Part shown: piece after piece, positions 1-6,346 of the stretch
Position numbering within the stretch: position 1 is the stretch's first letter
How the letters are laid out: the number at the start of each line of letters is the position of its first letter
Sequence record: OZ035739.1
Strand: one strand, 5' to 3'
DNA from: Kayfunavirus AN24P4
DNA: 39,836 nucleotides
Position numbers and translations under genes: made by a program
Notes under the pieces: model-generated
What the model was told of the DNA's origin: nothing
Databases searched by the model: none
Seen by the model: only the letters and a program-made list of their open reading frames with translations

Positions 1-29
1 TACAAAACGATTAAAGGAGGTGGTAAAAC

Positions 30-293
30 ATGACGCAGATGGACTTAGAGAAGTTCCTCTTAATGCTAGATACTGAACGTGCTCGACTCATGCTGCAAGA
101 CCTGCGGGATGACACTAAGCGTTCACCTCAGCTCTACAACGCCATTGAGAAGCTGCTTGCTCGTCACAACTTTGTGTTAAGCAAGGTGTCCGTGGACGAG
201 AAGACGCTGGCTGATATGGAGGCCCTGAACGCAGAGTACGATAAGGTGCTCTCAGCGACTGAGGATAATGACACCGGGTATGGTGTTCAATAA
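30..293 (+). CDS. small terminase subunit / DNA maturase A (T7 gp18-like)
   Basis: 87-aa ORF with aaaggagg RBS; N-terminal FLxMLDT...RSPQLYNAI region resembles T7 gp18; lies upstream of spanin and large terminase genes as in T7. Confidence 0.8.
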   Translation: MTQMDLEKFLLMLDTERARLMLQDLRDDTKRSPQLYNAIEKLLARHNFVLSKVSVDEKTLADMEALNAEYDKVLSATEDNDTGYGVQ

Positions 294-296
294 GTG

Positions 297-345
297 TTAG
301 ACTCAAGGTCATTACTATGTGTAGTGGCCTTTATGGTTAACACTA
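297..345 (+). promoter_or_regulatory. RNase III-type processing hairpin (R18.5-like), copy 1 of a conserved element
   Basis: ttagactcaaggtcattactatgtgtagtggcctttatggttaac; arms aaggtca / tggcctt pair with one G-U wobble; same element recurs at 9341 and 16527 in intergenic positions matching T7 R1.1 and R4.7. Confidence 0.5.
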
Positions 346-354
346 GGAGGGTAT

Positions 355-759
355 ATGGAAGGACAATATTTAAGCGGTGGTTATTATAAAGTAACTATCA
401 ATGGTAAGGTTCACGGGGTTCATCGGGTTAAATGGGAGACGGCGCATGGGCCAGTTCCGGCTGGCTACGTCATTGACCATATAGACCGGAACACTCTGAA
501 CAATGAGCTATCAAACCTAAGGGCAATACCTAAAGGCGCTAATGGTGCTAATACCTTATCGTCTAGAGAGTTACCAAAAGGAGTCTACTCACGGTTCGCT
601 AAAAGGCTTAACGCTACAGTGTACTATGGAGACATACGCATTGGTGGCATCAAGAGAACCCATGAGCCTACTACCAATCTACAGAAAGTTGAGGACTGGG
701 CTAAAGAGACCCACGCAAATCTTCTTAAGGAGGTGTATGGTGTGGTTAACGTTTATTAA
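355..759 (+). CDS. HNH homing endonuclease (free-standing), possible C-terminal AP2-like DNA-binding region
   Basis: 134-aa ORF with RBS ctaggaggg; HNH-type motif (VIDHIDRNTLNNELSNLR); AT-richer than flanking genes; inserted between gene 18 and the spanin gene. Confidence 0.75.
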   Translation: MEGQYLSGGYYKVTINGKVHGVHRVKWETAHGPVPAGYVIDHIDRNTLNNELSNLRAIPKGANGANTLSSRELPKGVYSRFAKRLNATVYYGDIRIGGIKRTHEPTTNLQKVEDWAKETHANLLKEVYGVVNVY

Positions 760-1177
760 GAGAGTGGTCCCTTGGCTAGTGGCAGGACTCCTGTTCGCCT
801 CTGGTTACTGGGTAGCTGACAATAAGTGGGAGGCTAAAGTAAATGAAGAATACATCACGAAACTTGAGGCACGAGAGAGTCAACGAACTGCTATCCAAGC
901 ACGAGTCGATGAAGTCTCAGCGGAGTGGCAGGACAAGATGTCCTCACTGGAAGGCTCTACTGATAGGATTATTAATGACCTTAACCGCGATAACAAGCGG
1001 TTGCTCGTCAAAGTCAAGACCTCAGGTCTCAGCGAGCCAGATTACAGTCGATGCTTCCCTAATGGTCGAGTCGAACTACACCCAGAGACTTCTAAAAGTC
1101 TTATCCGAATAACGCAAGAAGCTGACCTTAAGGAGAAAGCTCTACAGGAAACCATAAGGAGGTTGCGTGGCGAATAA
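737..1177 (+). CDS. i-spanin / Rz-like lysis protein (T7 gp18.5-like)
   Basis: Internal start of the 542..1177 ORF at ATG 737 preceded by aaggagg; [22 protein letters not shown] segment then [18 protein letters not shown] region resembling T7 gp18.5. Confidence 0.8.
   Translation: MVWLTFIKRVVPWLVAGLLFASGYWVADNKWEAKVNEEYITKLEARESQRTAIQARVDEVSAEWQDKMSSLEGSTDRIINDLNRDNKRLLVKVKTSGLSEPDYSRCFPNGRVELHPETSKSLIRITQEADLKEKALQETIRRLRGE
843..1112 (+). CDS. o-spanin / Rz1-like lipoprotein embedded in +1 frame of the Rz gene (T7 gp18.7-like)
   Basis: ORF wholly inside the Rz gene in another frame; lipoprotein-type signal [17 protein letters not shown] with Cys lipobox; C-terminal VDASLMVE region as in T7 gp18.7; exact start uncertain (alternative M at 909). 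Confidence 0.65.
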   Translation: MKNTSRNLRHERVNELLSKHESMKSQRSGRTRCPHWKALLIGLLMTLTAITSGCSSKSRPQVSASQITVDASLMVESNYTQRLLKVLSE

Positions 1178-2936
1178 GAAAACACCTGCTGAAAGACAGG
1201 CAGAAATGACCAAAAGGATGAGGGATGACTTCGTGTTCTTCATCTTCGTTCTATGGAAAGCTCTGAGCCTTCCTGTTCCAACACGCTGCCAGATAGATAT
1301 GTGTAAGAAGCTGGCGGCTGGAGATAATCGCCGCTTCATCCTTCAAGCATTCCGTGGTATTGGAAAGTCGTTCCTGACCTGTGGTTTCGTGGTCTGGAAG
1401 TTATGGAATAACCCGGACTTGAAGTTCATGATTGTGTCGGCCTCAAAGGAACGAGCCGATGCGAACTCCATCTTCATCAAGCGAATCATCGACCTAATGC
1501 CTCAGCTTCAGGACCTCAAACCTAAGCAGGGACAGCGAGATGCGGTTATCAGCTTCGACGTTGGGCCAGCAAAGCCAGACCACTCACCTTCTGTTAAGTC
1601 CGTTGGTATCACTGGTCAGTTGACTGGTAGTCGTGCTGACATCCTGATTGCAGATGACGTGGAGGTTCCTAATAACTCTGCGACTCAGGCTGCACGAGAC
1701 CGTCTGTCAGAGCTTGTTAAAGAGTTCGACGCTATCCTGAAGCCGGGAGGTACAATCATCTATCTGGGTACTCCTCAGAACGAGATGACCCTGTATCGTG
1801 AGCTTGAAGGTCGTGGGTATACCACTACTATCTGGCCAGCTCGTTATCCACGCGACAGGAAGGACTGGCAGTCTTACGGCGACCGTCTGGCTCCTATGCT
1901 TCAGGCAGAGCTGGAAGAGGACCCTGAGTCCTTCTACTGGCGTCCGACTGATGAAGTACGCTTCGATGATACGGACCTGAAGGAACGTGAGCTGTCCTAC
2001 GGTAAAGCTGGCTTCGCTCTACAGTTCATGCTTAACCCGAACCTGAGTGATGCCGAGAAGTACCCTCTTAAGCTCCGTGACCTTATCGTAGCCGACTTGG
2101 ACCCAGCGTCCAGCCCAATGGTCTACCAATGGTTGCCGAACCCTCAGAACAAGCGTGAGGACGTTCCTAACGTTGGACTCATGGGTGACTCGTACCACAC
2201 GTATCAGACTGTAGGTTCTGCCTTCAGCTCATACACCCAGAAGATTCTGGTCATTGACCCTAGTGGTCGTGGTAAGGATGAAACTGGATATGCGGTACTG
2301 TACCAGCTCAACGGCTACATCTTCGCTATGGAAGTTGGTGGCATGCGTGGTGGTTATGAAGACTCTACGCTGGAAGCCTTGGCTAAGATTGGTCGTAAGT
2401 GGAGGGTCAACGAATACGTCATTGAGGGTAACTTCGGTGATGGTATGTACCTTGAGCTATTCAAGCCTGTAGCGGCCCGTATCCATCCTGCGGCTGTAAC
2501 TGAAGTGAAGAGTAAGGGTCAGAAAGAACTACGCATCTGTGACGTTCTGGAGCCTATCATGGGGTCTCACAGACTTATCGTTAACGCTGCTGCTATCGTC
2601 CAAGACTACCAGACAGCCTCTGACAAGGATGGTGTTCGTAACCCTATCTACTCTCTATTCTATCAGATGACACGTATCTCTCGTGAGCGTGGAGCCTTGG
2701 CACACGATGACCGACTTGATGCGCTGGCTATCGGTGTACAGTTCTTCGTTGAGTCGATGGCTAAGGATGCCAACAAAGGCGAACGTGAAGTCACTGAGGA
2801 ATGGCTGGAGGAACAGATGGAGAACCCACGGAAAGGCTTCGAGTCCATCCACACTGAGTTCTGGGACAATGGGGTCCGGGTAACTCACGATACGGACGAC
2901 GAGCTTGGACTAGGGTCATACGTTACGTTCCACTAG
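1167..2936 (+). CDS. large terminase subunit / DNA maturase B (T7 gp19-like)
   Basis: 589-aa ORF, GTG start after aaggagg; extensive collinear similarity to T7 gp19 ([48 protein letters not shown]). Confidence 0.95.
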   Translation: MANKKTPAERQAEMTKRMRDDFVFFIFVLWKALSLPVPTRCQIDMCKKLAAGDNRRFILQAFRGIGKSFLTCGFVVWKLWNNPDLKFMIVSASKERADANSIFIKRIIDLMPQLQDLKPKQGQRDAVISFDVGPAKPDHSPSVKSVGITGQLTGSRADILIADDVEVPNNSATQAARDRLSELVKEFDAILKPGGTIIYLGTPQNEMTLYRELEGRGYTTTIWPARYPRDRKDWQSYGDRLAPMLQAELEEDPESFYWRPTDEVRFDDTDLKERELSYGKAGFALQFMLNPNLSDAEKYPLKLRDLIVADLDPASSPMVYQWLPNPQNKREDVPNVGLMGDSYHTYQTVGSAFSSYTQKILVIDPSGRGKDETGYAVLYQLNGYIFAMEVGGMRGGYEDSTLEALAKIGRKWRVNEYVIEGNFGDGMYLELFKPVAARIHPAAVTEVKSKGQKELRICDVLEPIMGSHRLIVNAAAIVQDYQTASDKDGVRNPIYSLFYQMTRISRERGALAHDDRLDALAIGVQFFVESMAKDANKGEREVTEEWLEEQMENPRKGFESIHTEFWDNGVRVTHDTDDELGLGSYVTFH

Positions 2937-2943
2937 CTGAATG

Positions 2944-2993
2944 AATAACTATAGGTGAAAGCTGCATGAATAAGCAGCTAGTAACCTATAGTT
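2944..2993 (+). repeat. compound inverted repeat immediately 3' of the terminase gene
   Basis: aactataggt (2947-2956) is the reverse complement of acctatagtt (2984-2993); inner hairpin agctgc-N8-gcagct; no U-run follows. Confidence 0.5.
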
Positions 2994-3030
2994 ACTACCA
3001 GTCTAACATACTGTTTTACAAGGAGTTTGG

Positions 3031-3053
3031 ACTTAACTATCACTATAGGGAAG
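3031..3053 (+). promoter_or_regulatory. phage RNAP promoter (phiOR-like, downstream of gene 19)
   Basis: acttaactatcactataGGGaag; matches the 23-bp promoter repeated 11 times in the window; +1 G about 3048. Confidence 0.75.
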
Positions 3054-3233
3054 ACCCCCGGTTACTTATAGTATTACTGTAGTGAATATACATATGCAGA
3101 CTTTATGCAAGACCTTAGGAGGCAGACTCCGAGTTCTTACCTAAGGCTTGCACCGATGGAAGGAGGGTGATATTAATCATAATCCCTCCAATACAGATAG
3201 TCACCGACCATAGATACAGGAGGTATGTAGCAT

Positions 3234-3392
3234 ATGGCAAAGACCAAAGCTGTACTTAAAGCTCTGGCGACCAATCGAGCTACATACAGGTTTCTTGCTG
3301 CTGTTCTACTTGCTGCTGGCGTTACTGCTGGAAGTCAGTGGGTCGGGTGGGTCGAGACTCTCGTATGTTCTCTGGTCTCTAAGTGTAATTAA
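3234..3392 (+). CDS. small hydrophobic protein at gene 19.5 position
   Basis: 52-aa ORF (below ORF-track cutoff) with ggagg RBS, after the phiOR-like promoter; hydrophobic FLAAVLLAAGVTAG segment; assignment by position only. Confidence 0.45.
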   Translation: MAKTKAVLKALATNRATYRFLAAVLLAAGVTAGSQWVGWVETLVCSLVSKCN

Positions 3393-3628
3393 CGCAATCA
3401 TGATAACAATCAACGAAAGGAGGTAGGGATGGACGAGGAGTCTTATGGGTCGTTCTCTGACGAAGATTATCAGACGGAGTGGGAATACGCGCATTGAAGA
3501 CCTAAGGTCAGTTCATAGCTGACGCTACTCTACTGACCTTAGCTACTGTAGTCAAGGACTTTAGGTAACACCTTAAGAGAAGCTCACTTAGGGTCATCCT
3601 ACTTATTGGTCTATCCTAGTGTCGCCTG

Positions 3629-3675
3629 ACCTACGGTCCTTGACCTACAGTGGCTGTGGCCTACAGTAGTGACGA
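3629..3675 (+). repeat. short direct repeats (ACCTACAG family) flanking the terminal repeat, right-end side
   Basis: gacctacggtccttgacctacagtggctgtggcctacagtag; analogous in position to the short ACCTAAAG-type repeats at T7 genome ends. Confidence 0.5.
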
Positions 3676-3705
3676 TGAGTTTTGGACCAAAAGTTTGAGA
3701 CCACA

Positions 3706-3900
3706 TCTCACAGTTCAAGAACCTCAAGTCTCCCCATAGGCCCTCTTTCAGTCCAGACCAATAGTCCCTACCCAGTCTATCATAAGGTTAGACCGATGGT
3801 CAAGACTTCAGGTCAACGATAGGTTGTGGCTATGGCTTAGGGAAGGACGATAGGTAGGGACTATTGGTCTGTCTTTGAGTCTCTATCTGTATCAGACCTT
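3706..3900 (+). repeat. probable direct terminal repeat / concatemer junction (collapsed single copy); boundaries approximate
   Basis: Begins with tctcacag (as the T7 left end TCTCACAGTG) and ends near gtctttgagtctctatctgtatcag resembling the end of the T7 terminal repeat; non-coding; lies between right-end genes and early promoters. Confidence 0.45.
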
Positions 3901-3902
3901 GA

Positions 3903-3985
3903 GTCACTACCTACAGTCTAACTACCTACAGTCATCGATCATCGGTAATGCCGCTACCTACAGTCAGAGACCTACGGTTAATAGA
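3903..3985 (+). repeat. short direct repeats (CTACCTACAGTC family), left-end side
   Basis: cactacctacagtctaactacctacagtcatcg...gctacctacagtcagagacctacgg; three to four copies of a CTACCTACAG core. Confidence 0.5.
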
Positions 3986-4230
3986 CACAAGGCTATAGAC
4001 TTAAGGTCTAAGACATGTTAGTCAAAGACTACATCCTCTTACACCATGGGGCCGACGATAGCTTAATCAATATTATTTCAAATTACCTATTGACTATAGG
4101 TCCAGATTATGGCCTAATAGCTTCCGTCAACACGACACGGCAACAACCGGATAGTGAAGACGCCTGGTCATCCCGGTTAAGTAGACAGCCTGATAAGTCA
4201 TACGAACAACAGGCAGATGACAGAAAGTAG

Positions 4231-4260
4231 TTGACAAGCAGTAACGATAAGATGTAAGCT
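4231..4260 (+). promoter_or_regulatory. candidate host sigma70 early promoter (T7 A2/A3-like)
   Basis: TTGACA (4231-4236), 18-bp spacer, TAAGCT (4255-4260); flanking sequence resembles the T7 A2/A3 region (gataagtagacagcctgataagtc ... gtaccacat); a second weaker candidate has TTGACT near 4090. Confidence 0.35.
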
Positions 4261-4449
4261 GTACCACATCGAAACAACGGTGACGACCGACACTGAAACG
4301 GTCTACCTGAAGTCCTCTGACTGAAGGGAATGCTCTTTAACAATCTGGATAAACTCTTAATGTGCGCCGATAGCGACTAACTACAGGGTCTTTGAGTCTA
4401 CATCTGAAGGCCCTGACTGATAGTCACTAACAACCTAAGAGGATTCATT

Positions 4450-4728
4450 ATGAGACTGAACAAAGCTACAGCAGAAGCCTTTCGCAAGGAGCTTGAATCA
4501 AGATTATTGTGTGGAGTGGCGGAAGGAGCCGCTCGATATAAAGAGAATGGTCTAACGTTCAAGCGCTTTATGTGGGATTGCTATCACGGAGTGGGCCATA
4601 AAAAGTCGCAGGAAATAATCACCAGCAACAATGCAGAAGTGCAAGTGATAGGAGGATATATGGCTAACGTGAAGGATTCACACATCGAGACCATGCTTAA
4701 GAATGCACTTAAAGATGTAGCCTACTAG
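4450..4728 (+). CDS. hypothetical early protein (92 aa), first gene of the early operon, upstream of ocr
   Basis: ORF with RBS taagagga 7 nt upstream; no match to T7 proteins I can recall; position 0.3 in T7 is occupied by ocr, here shifted one gene downstream. Confidence 0.65.
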   Translation: MRLNKATAEAFRKELESRLLCGVAEGAARYKENGLTFKRFMWDCYHGVGHKKSQEIITSNNAEVQVIGGYMANVKDSHIETMLKNALKDVAY

Positions 4729-4808
4729 TGATTAACTACAGGTCGTTAGACTGATAGCGGCCTGACTGATAGTCACTAAAACATACTTAACTTTGAGAGG
4801 ATATAACT

Positions 4809-5141
4809 ATGGAACGTAACGCTAACGCATACTATGAGCTGCTGGCTGCAACCGTTGAAGCATTTAACGAGCGTATTCAGTACGACGAAATAGCTGAAGG
4901 AGATGACTACCACGATGCGCTGCATGAAGTCGTAGACGGTCAGGTTCCGCACTATTACCACGAGATTTTCACGGTGATGGCTGCTGATGGTATTGACCAT
5001 GAGTTTGAAGACTCTGGGCTGATGCCTGATACCAAGGATGTGACGCGTATACTGCAAGCTCGCATCTATGAGGCGCTTTATAACGACGTGGCTGATATCT
5101 TGGATGTAGTCTGGTTTGAGGCTGAAGAGGGAGACGAGTGA
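4809..5141 (+). CDS. ocr: Ocr DNA-mimic anti-restriction protein (T7 gp0.3-like)
   Basis: 110-aa acidic ORF; collinear with T7 Ocr ([63 protein letters not shown]); acidic C-terminal tail. Confidence 0.9.
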   Translation: MERNANAYYELLAATVEAFNERIQYDEIAEGDDYHDALHEVVDGQVPHYYHEIFTVMAADGIDHEFEDSGLMPDTKDVTRILQARIYEALYNDVADILDVVWFEAEEGDE

Positions 5142-5296
5142 TGGTAACTTACGGTCTCTGTCAGCATCACGTCACCAACGCCCGGAGTATGGTCAAGACC
5201 GGGCAATTAAACCACGATGCGACTATGCGTCACCTGAAAGCGGTCTATGAGGGCCGCAAGCGCATACACGACAGTTTGCACGCTGAGGATAAGTAA
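5141..5296 (+). CDS. small early protein (51 aa), gene 0.4 position
   Basis: ATG overlaps ocr stop (TGATG), implying translational coupling; same size as T7 gp0.4 but no sequence similarity seen. Confidence 0.4.
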   Translation: MVTYGLCQHHVTNARSMVKTGQLNHDATMRHLKAVYEGRKRIHDSLHAEDK

Positions 5297-5409
5297 CGTG
5301 TATCATAGCCTGACCATAACGCTGACAGGCGGGTACTGAGTGATAGACGAGAGGTCATCGACTGATAGGTGGCCTCAAAGATTACCACTTGAATTAATAG
5401 GAGTTAACT

Positions 5410-5499
5410 ATGAGTGTGGGATATTGGGTCTGCCTAGCGCCAGTTATCTGGATGATAGGCTATGGGTTATATGACTGTATTAAACGGAAATCACTATGA
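5410..5499 (+). CDS. small hydrophobic peptide (29 aa)
   Basis: RBS aataggag; hydrophobic YWVCLAPVIWMIGYGLY; stop overlaps the next start (ATGA). Confidence 0.35.
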   Translation: MSVGYWVCLAPVIWMIGYGLYDCIKRKSL

Positions 5500-5693
5500 G
5501 TCTTGCACTATTGATAGCCATAGGCTATGGACTTATCGCCTACGTGCTGGTGAGTGACATTAACAAGGCGCGTAAAGTCTACAAATTCAACTATGTACGT
5601 CTGGGCCGCTGGACCGTACGTCAACCTAACGGACGATTCATGCGCAACCTAGCGAACGTATGGGATATAGCAACCTTAGGGAGCAAACTGTAA
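5496..5693 (+). CDS. small membrane protein (65 aa), early region
   Basis: N-terminal TM helix LALLIAIGYGLIAYVLV then basic tail; coupled to the upstream peptide ORF. Confidence 0.5.
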   Translation: MSLALLIAIGYGLIAYVLVSDINKARKVYKFNYVRLGRWTVRQPNGRFMRNLANVWDIATLGSKL

Positions 5694-5743
5694 TGCGCAA
5701 GACTTGTAGCAAGCGCACTCAAATATCTTCAGGAGAATAAGTA

Positions 5744-5962
5744 ATGAATATAATTAAGGCAGCCACGGAGTCTATTAGCGCCATATTCCTACCACGGCAA
5801 GAGGTATGTACCTCCCACAAGTTCGTACTATCTTGCGTTGTCGGCGACGAGTTTGATGGTTTTGATAAGCTCGTTGTATGTGATTATTGTGGTCAAGAAG
5901 CTATACAGCACTCAAACGGTAAATTCGAACTAATTAACGAGGAAGGGGGACGGCGATGGTGA
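5744..5962 (+). CDS. Cys-rich small early protein (72 aa), possible zinc ribbon
   Basis: RBS aggaga; Cys pairs (C-x6-C and CDYC) suggest a metal-binding fold; unknown function. Confidence 0.5.
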   Translation: MNIIKAATESISAIFLPRQEVCTSHKFVLSCVVGDEFDGFDKLVVCDYCGQEAIQHSNGKFELINEEGGRRW

Positions 5963-6249
5963 ATAACAAAAACAACGTATTTGGATACTTGGTGACAGGC
6001 TACCGACACGGAACCTCAAGTCACACCGCACGTCAACAGCAGGAGCGGGACCGGGTACTGCAAGCAAGACTCCGGGCTGAGGGCCATAAGTCCGAACTGT
6101 TGTGTCTGGCGTATGGTGGACGACCAATCACTGATGATGGTAAACTTCTGGTCTCAGGCTGGAAGGCGATAGACCAACGGTCAACCATCAAGCACACGAC
6201 CCATGGTGACTTCAGCCATCTTCACGCTAACCCACTGATATGCAAGTGA
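5956..6249 (+). CDS. hypothetical early protein (97 aa)
   Basis: ORF overlapping the previous gene end; basic, His/Arg-rich; sits where T7 has the gp0.7 kinase but is far smaller and lacks kinase motifs. Confidence 0.5.
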   Translation: MVNNKNNVFGYLVTGYRHGTSSHTARQQQERDRVLQARLRAEGHKSELLCLAYGGRPITDDGKLLVSGWKAIDQRSTIKHTTHGDFSHLHANPLICK

Positions 6250-6254
6250 TTCTG

Positions 6255-6277
6255 ACTTAACTATCACTATAGGACTC
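6255..6277 (+). promoter_or_regulatory. phage RNAP promoter directly upstream of the RNAP gene
   Basis: acttaactatcactataGGActc; +1 about 6272; followed by tandem gactttaagt / aagtgaaagac repeats up to the RNAP ATG. Confidence 0.7.
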
Positions 6278-6346
6278 AAGGTCTAAGACTCCAAGTGAAA
6301 GACCAAAGAGACTTTAAGTGAAAGACTAATAACAAGGACTTTAAGT

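Noticed and set aside
542-1177. 211-aa ORF as a single long protein
   Set aside because: Its first 65 codons are an alternative frame of the HNH gene with no RBS. The Rz-like protein starts at the internal ATG 737, which has an aaggagg RBS and yields a T7 gp18.5-sized product.
1798-2888. Plus-strand alternative-frame ORFs inside the terminase gene, and similar ones inside RNAP, gp15 and gp16
   Set aside because: Embedded in strongly conserved coding frames with no RBS. Frame artefacts.
4015-4230. 71-aa ORF in the genome-left-end leader
   Set aside because: It lies in the promoter/leader region resembling the T7 A1-A3 area, has no RBS and a low-complexity composition. Probably non-coding.
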